A stretch of DNA of 64,000 nt from assembly GCF_041146345.1 (NCBI RefSeq), contig NW_027191414.1:558001-622000 (forward strand), written 5' to 3'. Below the pieces are notes generated by a model that saw only the letters and a program-made list of their open reading frames with translations, was not told the origin of the DNA and searched no databases. A program made the translations under genes and the position numbers. Positions 47,690 to 59,359 of this stretch are shown here, piece by piece (the first letter of the stretch is position 1; each line of letters starts with the position of its first letter). This stretch comes from Neodothiora populina (lineage: Eukaryota).

Positions 47690-50482
47690 TCACATATCCC
47701 CCATCATATCCCTCTTCCGCCGCCCGTTGCCCGTGCCTTTCTTATCTCTCTTGTCTCTAATCCCCTTGATCTTCTGACCGCTCCTCATGCGGCCCGAGTT
47801 CTTGACTTTGATGTCTTCCTCCTTGATATTGCCGTCTGCGTCGTATCCGACCTCAATGACATTCTTGCCGCCCTTTTTGGCGTTCTTGTTGAACGGCGAT
47901 GGTGATGACGATGACGACTCGGCGGCAGCAGGGACATGGCCCCTCGTCTTTCGGGACTTGCCCTTGACGTTTATCGCGCCAGACTTGGAGTCGACGCCGC
48001 CGAGCTCTTCCTTGCCGCGCCCGATGCGCATGTTGCGATTCGTGCGCGTTTTGGCGCCCAGCGCCCAGAGGTCGCCCCAGGCTGCTTTGCGCGCGTCGCG
48101 GTAGGCTTGACGTGAGAACGACTTGGGGATGGTCCAGCGCTCGAGAGTGCCCGAGGGGGTGCACACGTCCATGATGACGTGGCCGTGGCGCTTCATTGGG
48201 GGCATGACTGCTCGCGGAAGGGAGAGAGAGTGCGGGTCTCCGTTTGCGTCGAGCAAGTCGCTTGCTGTCGAGTTGAATTGTTCGATGTCTGGGATTGCGG
48301 GCGCGGTTGGGTCGAGTGATTGTTGGGCTGCCGCTTGTTCTTGTTGATCCACGGCTGCTGCGGAGCTGGCCTCGAGCGCGGCATCGACGTCTTCGTAGCC
48401 TGCGAATGCGGCGAGTGTTGCTCGCTCTCCTTGGATCAAGCCGTCCGAGTCTTTGTCTCGAAGATCGCGGCCACGCATGATGGACAGGTAGCTGAAGTCG
48501 ATGTCTTCGTGGTTACGGTCTTTGGCACCCAGGATCTTCTGAAGGAACGGAGGCCGGATGTATCGTTGAGTGAAGTGGCAATGGTCTTTTCTTCCTTTGC
48601 TTGTGCCGCTGCCTTTGACGTACATGGGACACTCGAGGTGGTTTGTGCATGGAGCGATGATCATACCCTTTTCCCTGGGGGCTTTGCCCCATTGGACTCC
48701 CTGGCCGTCTGGGTTGCCGTAGATGTCTTCGCCGATCATCATGGCGTCTTCTTTGCCTGGGGTGGCCAGACGGGTGTCGAGCAGCATCTCACGGGCGGCG
48801 GCCACCATCTCGAACCCCCGAGGGACGCCCTTTTCGAAAAAGATGAGCACACCTCCGTCGCTGCTCAGGAGACTCCAGAGGTTGTTTATGTGTTGTTTGC
48901 GTATGTAGTCCTCCTTGATTTGCCAAAGAGTGTGTGGAGCGAAGATGATGTCGAACTTGCCTTTATCTCGAGCTTCTTCGTCACTGGCGTGCAGATAATC
49001 GGGGAGTCGGGGCAAAAACGAGGTGTCGTCAAGTAAAGCACTCGCACGTTGTCGCAGGCTGTCACTTCCGGTGAGCACAGTCGCCCTGCCGACTGGAGCG
49101 GGAACGTATTCTCCACCAGTCTTGCCTCCAGCTTCTGCGATGGCTGTGACCGAGTCTGGATCGTCGCTGGTGTCGTGCATGCGCTCCCACTCTGCACGCA
49201 AGACATCACGAGCTGCGAGCACAGCAGCACCTGCACCGCCTGCATCTAGTATACGAGGACCGCCTTCTCTCTTGAGTAGACCCTCTAGCCATGAGCTACC
49301 CAGTCTCTTTCTTGTCTCGACCATGATGCTGTAGGCCGTGGCATAGACCCCAGGCATAATGGTGGCTGCATAGACATCGGCGTCCATCTCAGACATTCTT
49401 CCCTGATACGTGTCCAATGGGATAGGCTTCTGGGGCATCGTCAGACCACGTCGTGGTGTCGAGGCGGAGTAGGGCAGACCAGGACCACCGAAGACGCGGT
49501 GAGCTGTATCCGAGATGTGCTTCGGGGGCAAGCCAGACAAGATGATGGAGATGGGATCGACAAGGCTATTCTTAGGGAGCTGAAGGGTGGAAGCAGGCGT
49601 GGTGAATCGATTTGCGATAGTGAGTGGATGTGTACGCTGGAATATTTCATATCCCGAGTCTGTGTCGGCCTGATCGCCACTCTCCACTCGTAAGGCAGCC
49701 AGATCTGCGAGGGTCTTGTCGTCGAGCTCGTCGAATCCAGGTCCTAGTTTCTGCACTGCCTCTTCCCTGCTCTCTCTCTCGTCTGTCTCTTCCAGCTCGT
49801 CCAGCTCTTCTCCCTCTTCCGCCATGTCGTCTTCCTCCTCTTCCTCGATGAACTCGACTTCTCTCAGCTGTCCATCTCGGCCTTCCTTCAGGATGCCAGT
49901 TCCAACATTAATCTCCTCGCCGAGCTCACCTTGGAACTCGCTCTCGTCAAAGTCCACGAGGTCATCCTCTTCTTCTCCCGCCTTGAGGATTCTGATCGGC
50001 GGTCCAAACAGACGCTCGTAGATCCTGTACTCCTCAGCGTCGAGAATGTCTTCCGGTAGCGAATCTCCGAACTGGACTCGTGCTTGTCTCGCCACTTCCT
50101 CGGGCGTGAGTGTCGCGTCGGGGTCCCATTCGAAATCCACTTCTTGACTGTGCAAGGAATGCGTCACGGGCGTGTCTGTCGTCTCTACATCGAAGTCGTC
50201 TTCGGCCTGTCTCGTGAGTCCCTCGGCTTCGAGCTTAGCGTCCAGTCTTCCTATGAGCGCTTCGAGCTCCGGATTTCTCTGGCCGATCGTCTCTGATCTC
50301 GCATCTTGCTGTGATGATAGCTGCCGAGACACTGCAGAGAAAGGGCGGACGCTGTTGGAAGCTGTAGAGCTAGACCATCTTGAGGGAAGAGGCGTGCGAG
50401 TCCTGGCGAACTGTTTCGCAGCAATGAGAGAGCGGATCCTGCAGCTGGCGCAGGCAGACTGATGTAGCTGCACAAGCGACAT
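47690..50482 (-). CDS. RSM22: Mitochondrial small-subunit assembly factor Rsm22 (METTL17-like methyltransferase fold)
   Basis: Arg/Ser-rich presequence; ETRKRLG, ILDAGGAGA, EKGVPRGFE, IIAPCTNHLECPM, CHFTQRYIRP, KRHGHVIMDVC, PKSFSRQAYRDARKAAWGDLWALG. Confidence 0.93.
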   Translation of the reverse strand: MSLVQLHQSACASCRIRSLIAAKQFARTRTPLPSRWSSSTASNSVRPFSAVSRQLSSQQDARSETIGQRNPELEALIGRLDAKLEAEGLTRQAEDDFDVETTDTPVTHSLHSQEVDFEWDPDATLTPEEVARQARVQFGDSLPEDILDAEEYRIYERLFGPPIRILKAGEEEDDLVDFDESEFQGELGEEINVGTGILKEGRDGQLREVEFIEEEEEDDMAEEGEELDELEETDERESREEAVQKLGPGFDELDDKTLADLAALRVESGDQADTDSGYEIFQRTHPLTIANRFTTPASTLQLPKNSLVDPISIILSGLPPKHISDTAHRVFGGPGLPYSASTPRRGLTMPQKPIPLDTYQGRMSEMDADVYAATIMPGVYATAYSIMVETRKRLGSSWLEGLLKREGGPRILDAGGAGAAVLAARDVLRAEWERMHDTSDDPDSVTAIAEAGGKTGGEYVPAPVGRATVLTGSDSLRQRASALLDDTSFLPRLPDYLHASDEEARDKGKFDIIFAPHTLWQIKEDYIRKQHINNLWSLLSSDGGVLIFFEKGVPRGFEMVAAAREMLLDTRLATPGKEDAMMIGEDIYGNPDGQGVQWGKAPREKGMIIAPCTNHLECPMYVKGSGTSKGRKDHCHFTQRYIRPPFLQKILGAKDRNHEDIDFSYLSIMRGRDLRDKDSDGLIQGERATLAAFAGYEDVDAALEASSAAAVDQQEQAAAQQSLDPTAPAIPDIEQFNSTASDLLDANGDPHSLSLPRAVMPPMKRHGHVIMDVCTPSGTLERWTIPKSFSRQAYRDARKAAWGDLWALGAKTRTNRNMRIGRGKEELGGVDSKSGAINVKGKSRKTRGHVPAAAESSSSSPSPFNKNAKKGGKNVIEVGYDADGNIKEEDIKVKNSGRMRSGQKIKGIRDKRDKKGTGNGRRKRDMMGDM

Positions 50483-51158
50483 GGATCACGGTGGCGATTA
50501 GCCTCTATACCCTTCTTCTCAGCACTGTCTGAGATGAAATGAATACAAGGGCGCGAATACCAGATGGGATGCCAGTATAATTCCAGCATACGCCGTCGAA
50601 TATATTATTTGACTCTGCCGGGCGGTGGCCTTTCTTGGCAGTATAAGCATCGCCTCATGCCCTCTCATTAGTCAACTTGACCTTGACTCCTGCTCTTTTT
50701 CACACGAACACTTGCCTCACTATGCCATTAGATGCAATCACAGCAACAGTATTCGGACCAAAGCAATTTGTGTGAGCTAGACTAAAGTAAACCTTTCCCG
50801 AACGCAACAGCCACCTCTCCATCTCTCCGTCTCTCCCAGCTAGACAAGGAGCAGGAATATCCTCCTGCTGACGTTGACAACGCACCATGCTTGACCCATG
50901 CCATGCCGCCGTCACCATTCATGCCTTGTCTCGCTCTCCTCAGCCCCCATTGTAAATGTATGTGATAACAATTTGTTGCATCCACGGCTCCCCTCGTCCC
51001 CTTTTTGTGCAGCCCGAAGCTGTCAATAGCATCCCCACAAGTAATCCTCCAGATATGGCGCGAGTGGTGAGTGAAAGGGAAAAAAGCAAAGCGTGGAAAA
51101 ACAAAAAGAAAAAAAACCGACTAAATGAAACTGGGTAATTAAGGGCATGTTGTGGACA

Positions 51159-51184
51159 GTGTGTGTGTGTGTGTGTGTGTGTGT
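51159..51184. repeat. (GT)13 microsatellite
   Basis: Perfect dinucleotide run between RSM22 and the casein kinase 3' end. Confidence 0.95.
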
Positions 51185-51616
51185 TGATGTTTTTGCTAAC
51201 AAGGGATAGTGACCATAAGAGCCTGCAGGTCAGCCTAAGTAAGGCAGCCTGCCGAGTGACTCTGCCACGAAAGAAGCCTGCGTCCGTCCTTCCCAGATGA
51301 CCCAGTGAACAGCCGACGAGGGCCGTTCCTGTCCGGTCCCGAGGGCGTTCACCGCTTGTCCGGATCCATGGTTATGCGGCGAACCAGCATTTACCATTCG
51401 TGACCCCGAACAATCGGATAGACAGCAGATTAAGGTTGTGTAAGGGGAAGCCTCATGCATCCGACCGCCTGCCTAGGCCGGCCCCCGGATGACATGTCCC
51501 CGAAATGATTGAGATGATTTGTGTGAAGTCGCGATACGCCGCCCGCATTCCGAACTGTGAATTGTGTGACACTCTTTGAGAACGGACGGAATATATCACG
51601 ACACGAGAGCAATTGA

Positions 51617-53054
51617 TCAGTAGCCAGTGTATCCAGATTGGTCGACGCCGCGCTTGGAGGAACGGAGTTGCCTGCACAGAGGAGAGATTGTCAGCACGGG
51701 GCACACGGGCTTCATATCCGCCTCCGCCTCCGCGGCAAGCCTCGTCATAAGAGCACTCAAACGCAGAGGAGGGGGCCCTTACAAACAAGGATCTGGATCG
51801 GGACAAGGGTGAACAACTCACATTCCCGATCCCTCGGCGCGTGGAGCGACGGGTCCACGGCGCTTGTCAGTCACGGCACCAACAGTGTTGCCGGCGGTGG
51901 CCTGGTTGGTGCGAGTGCGACCGGCCTTGTCATCGGCATCATCGGCCTGAGGCTGGTTACCAGCGGCCTGAGCGATGGCCTGGGCATTCTTCTGGTACTT
52001 GTAGACGGTCCAGTCAAAGACGTAGTCGTACTGGAAGCCTTCGCGCACGAAGAGATCACGGAAGATCTTGCGGAGATAAGAGTAGTCAGGCTTGTCGTCA
52101 AAGCGAAGAGAGCGCGTGTAGTTGAGGTAGATGGCAAACTCATTGGGGAAGCCGCGGCAGAGGACCTCGGTGGGGGTCGTCATCTTCTTCTCCATGATGC
52201 GGTCGTACTTCTGCTTCTTAGTAGCAGCCTTCAGACCTTGCCAAGGCAGAGAGCCACGGCAGAAGTACAACATGACATAACCCAGAGACTCCATGTCGTC
52301 ACGGCGAGACTGCTCGACACCCAAGTGGGTGTTGATACTGGCGTAGCGTGCAGTACCAGTAAGGTTCTTGTTCTCACGGTAAGGGATATGGAAGTGAGTC
52401 TTGGGGTCACGGTACTTCTTGGCCAGACCGAAGTCGATGACGTTGACCTGGTTTCCACGCTTTCCGATGCCCATGAGGAAATTGTCGGGCTTGATGTCAC
52501 GGTGGATGAAGGATTTTGCGTGGATGTACTCGATACGCGAGATGAGCTGGTCTGCCAAGAGGAGAACCGTCTTCAGCGAGAACTTGCGGTTGCAGAAGTT
52601 GAACAGATCTTCGAGAGAGGGACCAAGGAGGTCAAGAACCATGGCGTTGTAGTCACATTCTGTGCCGAACCAGCGGACGAAGGGGATGCCGACGCCACCG
52701 GCGAGCGACTTGTAGACACGGGCTTCGTATTCAAGTTGAGGGTGCTTGGCCTTGACAGATTCGAGCTTGATGGCAATCTCCTCGCCAGAGATAATGTTGG
52801 TACCTGGTGCATAAGCGTAAGCAGACATGCAAGACAGAAAAAGGAAGAGGTCATGAGTGTACCAAGGTAGATGTCACCAAAACTACCGCTACCGATCTTT
52901 CGGCCGATACGGTATTTGTTGCCCACGCGAAGATCCTGCCGACAGTGTTAGATTTCCATGTGCCCGACTTAGCTGACTGGCAGGCGTATGTGACACGGTG
53001 GTGTTATATTGGGCTGCGCGGCTTCTGGTGGTCTGCCCTTACCATTGTGGTCAT
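51617..53054 (-). CDS. HRR25: Casein kinase I (Hrr25/Hhp1/CkiA)
   Basis: Exons 53054-53043 (MTTM), 52935-52863, 52803-51822 and probable 51671-51617. [59 protein letters not shown]. Confidence 0.97.
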
Positions 53055-53743
53055 GCTTCCCTAAAGAGGCGTGTGGGGGGGCTACGTCGCTGGAGACGGA
53101 GTCGGTGGAGATGTGGTGTTGATTGAGGATGGACGAGAGCTAATAGACTTCTAAACAATGAAGATATTCGTCAGTCAGGCTAGTCGGCGTGGCGGTGTGG
53201 CCAAAGCGGAATGCCAAATGAAAGAAGTGGAGATGAGGGGAATATGAGTGAAGAGTTTAGGCAGATCGTCAACAGCAGACAACACAGCGTCAGGCAATCA
53301 CCAGCGTGGCAGTGTGACCAGCTGCTTGAGATTATGGTAACGTGATGGAGAAGACAGAGACGATAATTCGAGTCAAGTTGTGATGAAAATTGCAGCATGT
53401 GACTGAAGTGTCGATGGTGCTACAGGTGGTGCTACAAAGGGAAGGCAGGGGCTGGTTAACGCACCTCGTGCTTTCCGATGGTTGAGTCGGGGAATCGGTG
53501 ACAAGCTGAGCGTCAGAGTGACGGCAAGGGCGATTCAAACAGCTAAAGGACAGCCGTCAGGGTCGTAAAAAGAGGGCGGTTGATGAGACAGAAAGCCACT
53601 CTAAGGGAAGAGGTGTGAGCTTCTGGAAGAGCAGCCCGCGAGATGGGAAGGAAAAGATTATACGGGTTTAAAGGAGAACGTCCTTTGGGATTGAAGAGTT
53701 GGAAGGGAGGAAGGGACCGAGTGAGAGAGTGAGTGTGTGTCAA

Positions 53744-53783
53744 GGCTTTGGCTTTGGCTTTGGCTTTGGCTCTGGCTTTGGCT
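53744..53783. repeat. (GGCTTT)n hexamer repeat, ~6.5 units, upstream of casein kinase I
   Basis: ggctttggctttggctttggctttggctctggctttggct read directly. Confidence 0.9.
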
Positions 53784-55994
53784 GAGCCTAAGCCCCGAGC
53801 CTGAGCCCTTTCGCTTTTGCAACCACCCGCGCCTGAACAGTCTTGGCATCCCTTCCCGACGCCCAACCCGCCCGCTTTTCTGACAATTTCCAAAGTCCCA
53901 CGCGCGCTTGCTTGTCCAAGCACTGTGCGGAGTACTGTCCTCTGTACCCTACTCGTCCCCTCTCTCACCTGTGATCCTCCTCCTTGCAACCTCATGGTCT
54001 GAATAATACTCCCTCCATGCTATGTTATACACATTCACTGTGGAAGTATCTAATCACGGTATGTTTATCTAATTCTGGAACAAATGGCCTCTTGCCGCCG
54101 TGTTTAGTTTTCTGTCTGCCATTTCATAACGCTTTTCTCGGCTGTCCTTTGCGAAACAAGAAAGGTTTCGACACTCTACCGTTGAAAAGCATACGAAATC
54201 CAGAGGATCTACGCTGACCATTATGTCGCCTTATCAACCGGTCAGGCTAAGGCACGCTCCTAGAAGAGGCAGCTCACCAGACTCGACCACTGCATGAAGC
54301 TCCCGGATTTCCCCCAAGATTTCCTTGCATTGATCTTGCACCAATGCGAACCTGCTGCATTTGCATTATTGTTGAAGATGGCTGCATTCTGCACGATCCC
54401 TATTTAATCTCCTCTCCAGCGATGTGTTCTGTGGAAGGTTGAGCAGGCCCGGCTTGGCAGCTGTATGCCCTGTATCTGTATCAGAGTTGCACAACGTTCC
54501 GCAGAAAAGCAAACTTCTGATTTTGCTTGCCAGGGAGGGCGTCTTAATATCAGGCCATCTTTGCCATCACAGTGCGAAAAACTCCATGACGTATGTTTCA
54601 AGGACGTAGCGACAAGGGGTATGTTGATTTGCCATGCGTGATACATCACCGTTTATTGACTGGAGCAACTGCGTCTATGGCCGTCTATTCCCGGTCGGTC
54701 AGTCGGAATGCATAATCTCATGCAACTAACAGTACAAAAAGCTGATGATTTCTGATACAAAATGTCAAAGCAACTCTTCGGTTTCACTGAGATTCAGCTA
54801 GTATCTCCGGTCAGTATAAGCTACGGCTAAGACTAACGAGGGCGCTAGCGAGCGTAGTGAGCATGCTGCCCGTGTTGGCAATGTCCCCATCTCGAGGCTC
54901 ACATCGATTGTGGCGCAAGGAACGATTCCAGATGGCTGATAGCTCGAATCTGATAATGGGGTACGGCACAGCAGCTGAGCTCCTTATCCAGAGTACCGTG
55001 AGATTGACCGACGAAGTCTCTCAGAAAACAGACAAGAAAAATCACGAATTCGGTTCCAGACAATGGAGCAAACGTATAACTCTAATTTCATTGCCACACA
55101 AGCGATGTGTCTCAAGTCATGAGCTGGAAGGGTCCTTCCGGTGCGGATAGTACACATGGTGGAGTACATCCGATTATAAATAGGTTGATTCGGCATCGCA
55201 TTGTAGGGCGCGACTTGGCTCAACTTCGGAAGCGGTCTATTCCCACAGTAGTACTCCGTGCTCCGCAGGAGCAAACGCCTTCGTATAGCGACCACCAATA
55301 CTGTAACACTCGAGTCTTGAGGGAGGTATAACGAACGACGAGCTTCTCTCAATACGCTATATCTCGCATCCAGTCGATTCCGATATGCTTTGATCCATGC
55401 AGAGACTTGCTTAAGGTTTGTTGACGGCCTTTCTGCTCGTTGTAAGTCACAGGGCCCAATAGGTAAAGCACGTGAATCTGCCATCTCGCGAGTATGAGAG
55501 CTGAGGTGCATTCACTGCATTGCTTGGCAGCGCCTGATCCTTCGACGACCTCACATGGTGGGGTATCACCACATCACTCCTCACTTACTTATTGAACATT
55601 GCATTGGCCTCTTGTGCGCACACTATACGTCAATTGCGAAGGATCATCGATTGTCTTGACTGGGCTATTGTGGTGCAGCAGGCACTCCACATTCGAGCAC
55701 TAAATTTACATCCCATCGCCCGGACGACAACAGCACTTGTGGCTTGTATGCGGGGCTCGGATCACACATGTTAATTGATCGCAGTTTTGTGCTCTCTACA
55801 AGTCTTTCCTATATTCTCTGACCTCGGCTCGCTCACGTGCATATGTCGGGACATTTTTATGATTGTATGCACATGACTGCGACTCAAGTATAGCTCAGGC
55901 GCCGCTGTAATCGCGCGCAGTAATTAGTCAAGAAAAGACTGCACAATTAAGGCGCAGAGAAGAAAAAGAATATATAGCAGTGGAAGAAAAGAAG

Positions 55995-57611
55995 ATGCCT
56001 CCCAAAAAGAGACAACTAAAGACGTCCTCGACGAGTCCAAGTGAATACGAATCCGACAGTTCATCTCGAGCCAAAGATCTCAAGCGGTCCAGAAATCGAA
56101 AAACATCCGACCATTCAACATCAGAGAACACCGAAAATGACGAAAGCAACGACAACGATGCCACGACCCTAGATCCAGATCCCAAACACAAACTCTACAC
56201 AGAATGGGCAACATCAACAGGCATAACCATCTCCTCGATCGCCCCCATCACCCTATCAGGCCGCGGCACCGGCCTCCTCGCCACGACCCCCATCCGCGCG
56301 AACCAGAAACTAATCTCCGTGCCACCAACCAGCATGCTGAAACCGCCGACCTCCTTCTTGACATCCCAGCACCCATCTTTGAAATCCGCGTCGCCACAGG
56401 CTCAACTAGCTGCCTATCTAACCCTCGCGGCGCGCGAGAGTCCCGCGCCCCCCGTTTGGTACCAGAGGAGCGAGAGCGTGTGGCCGTCGTTTGACGACTT
56501 CAGGTCGTGCATGATTGCGCTGGGCGATGATGCGCGCGAGGTGGAGGTGTTGAAGCGGAATGCGCCGCCGGGGGTTCTGAGGCCGCTGGAGAGGCTGGAG
56601 CAGGATTTGGAGAGGGATTTGAGGGATGTCGCGGGACTGTTCTCTGTTGCTGCTACTGAGACGCAGGGTCGAGATGGTTCTGGAGTCAAGAATGAAAAGG
56701 AGCACGGTGAGCAGGAGGTGAATGGCAAGGTGACTTCTTCTTCGGACCCTGAATGGAAGCAGAGCTTCGTTTATCACTGGATCCTGGTCAACACGCGGAG
56801 TTTTCACTGGAAGCCGCATGGTGTCCGTGAGGGAAGCATGGTCATGTGTCCATTCCTGGATTACATGAATCACTGTCCAAACGGACAAGGGTGCACAGTG
56901 ACGGTGTCGACGCACGGGTATGAGTTGACTGCGAATAAGGATTATAGTGAGTTGTGTTTTTCTCCAGCTATGGCTCCTTCTCTACTTGTCGAGGACAACA
57001 CATGGGCAACGAACTAATCGCCGCCATTTCCAGAACCTGGAGATGAGATTCTCGCGACATATGGTGCGCACCCAAACGACAAGCTTCTAGTACACTGTAG
57101 GTCTTTCCATTTTCTCCCTGCTTCTCAGACCGTTCCGAAGCTGATGAAGCTTTCTCCAACAGATGGCTTCATCCTGCCCGATAGTCCAGATGATGAGATC
57201 CGCCTGGATCATGTGATCCTATCACGGATGACCGAGTCCCAGCAGAGCACTCTCCAAGATGTTGGTTTCCTCGGGGGCTACGCCCTGGACCCGACCACGA
57301 ATGAGCTTTGTTTCAAGACGCAGGTCGCCATCAGATCAGTCTTGCTGACGGCGAACGAGTGGGAACACTACATGGGTTCCGGAGAAGATCTTGCGTCCGA
57401 CAAGGAAGGCGAGGTTTATGCGTGGCTGCGGCCTGCTCTTGACGAATACGCAGCGCAGGCAGAGTCTGCCATTGAAAGACTAGTATCATTGCGTAAGGAT
57501 GTCAAGTCGTCAAATACGGCGTTTGAGAGTAAGCTTGCGCTCTTACAAGCCAGGTGGGTGCAGATCCAACAAGCTCTGGAGCGTTTCATGAGTCAGTCGT
57601 ACGCCGACTAG
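55995..57611 (+). CDS. SET-domain protein-lysine methyltransferase (Rkm2/Set11-like)
   Basis: Exons 55995-56946, 57034-57096, 57163-57611. GRGTGLLAT, WILVNTRSF, MCPFLDYMNH and spliced KPGDEILATYGAHPNDKLLVHYGF. Confidence 0.9.
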
Positions 57612-57645
57612 GGAGCTGCTGCTTCCCACGCATCCTTCAGCAAAT

Positions 57646-59010
57646 TTACGGCAGAAGAATATCGTATTCATCTTTAGAAATCTTGACAGCGTCTTCGCCC
57701 ATGCCATATTTGCGTCGAAAGACCTCAAAGACAATCAGACCAGCACTGGTGCTGGGCACTGTGCGCAGTGTCGTGGACCAGAAACCCTGAAAGAGCCATC
57801 TCCTCCAGCCACCATGGTCTCTCGCGCGGATGGCCGCCTGGCGTAAGGTTTTCTCGTATGCGTGCCGGTACAGTTGCATAGTGTTCAGCCGAGAAGGCTT
57901 GGAGTGCATCTGCTCATCCAAGCTCGCCAATCTCTGGTAGTGTAGCTCCTGGATTTGTTGGATGGGGTGCACTATGCCCTGTTGCAGAACAGAGGCAGAA
58001 ACGCCAGCAAGCAAGATAAATGCGGGCTCCATCAGATAGTGCGGCTTGATGAGTGGTCGTTCATAGGTGTCGTGTTTCATCTGAGCGTCGATCTGGTGCT
58101 GATGAAATATAGACAATATGTTATAATGACCATACCACCTGCTCACAAACTCGTAGAAGCACTGGGATTTGATGTACTCGAAGCTGGCGAAAAAGGCGCC
58201 ATAGCCGAAGGAGTCTTTGATGGATGACAGACCGTATCCGGCAAAGACACCACGAGGTCCTATTTCCTTCAGCTTGTGACTGGCGTATTGCCACATGTGT
58301 CGGTAATGGCCTTCGGTCAAATCCTTGGTCCGAAAACGAATTGTCAAAGCATCCAGCGGCGCGGCAACAAGACTCTGGATGATGCCTGCAGAAAAGCCAG
58401 CCAGGAACGTCCTCTCGAGCGGCGGCGGTGGATAGATGCGCTTGGAAGAGTGCGCGGCTGGTTCATATAGTAGACCCAGATTGGTAAGATACGAGGCATA
58501 CAAGACGGCCCCGATACTGACGTTAGCAATGAGGGGTGGCAGGACCTGATTTGGCAGAAAGGACCACCCGTGAGTCTTGATGGCATACGCAAGAATCCCA
58601 GGGGTGGTCAATCGCCAACTCCATTTGGCGCTCTCCTGCAAGAAGGGATTGATGGCCCTCGGAAATGCCTAATCAAACGACTATCAGAGCGACGGAACAG
58701 ACAAGAGAAGGAGAAGTTTCAGCCTTGACATACAAGATAACTATTCGAATATCAGAGAGGTGAGTATATGAAATGAGAAAATAAAGGTAGTCTAAACCTA
58801 CTCGATTCGTGTCCGGAAGAAGGCTTTTACCGGTACTTTAAAGTAAAAGGCAAACATACGGGCAGTGACTGCTCGCATACCAGCAGCTGAGGCACCTGTG
58901 GCGGCATTATCCTTGCCCTTGTCACGTTTGTCTTTATGTGCATGTTTGGTATCCGGTCGAGTGAAGGCGACGGACGAAGGTCGCTCCACAACAGGATTCG
59001 CTGCACTCAT
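57646..59010 (-). CDS. Mitochondrial carrier family protein (divergent fungal subfamily)
   Basis: Exons 59010-58802, 58740-58734 (7-nt microexon), 58668-57646, giving RTRIDYLAFPRAINP. Carrier-like motifs AAPLDALTIR, GVFAGYGLSSIKDSFGY, LFQGFWSTTLRTVPSTSAGLIVFE. Confidence 0.9.
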
Positions 59011-59359
59011 CGTCCACTAGATTCTGCTGCAGACTTCGAACGCATAACAACAGTCTGTTCAGCAAGGAGATCTGGACCTCTTAACTATGTTTCTCAGGCA
59101 CAAGGACAGTTATCATCACGATCACAGGGCTTTTGGTCAAGAACGAATAAGCCGAATGGCTGGTCCAAGCGTCCGGAGAGCACTGATGCTTGGCATCTGA
59201 CGTTTCGACGCAGGGACCCTCGTGCATGTGAACGACGAAGGATTCCGGGGTAAAGTGAACCTTACCTTACGCTATCTTCCTCTATTGCTTTTACCTTGTG
59301 ATAAATACACATTGACATTTACTTCCATCGAAAACCATCGGTCTTTTGCTCTACACACT

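Noticed and set aside
51638..52870. 410-aa plus-strand ORF antisense to casein kinase I
   Set aside because: Mirror frame of a strongly codon-biased gene; no motifs; explained by scarcity of antisense stops.
53543..53995. 150-aa ORF with AKAKAK repeat
   Set aside because: Product of the (GGCTTT)n repeat and pyrimidine-rich leader/promoter of casein kinase I.
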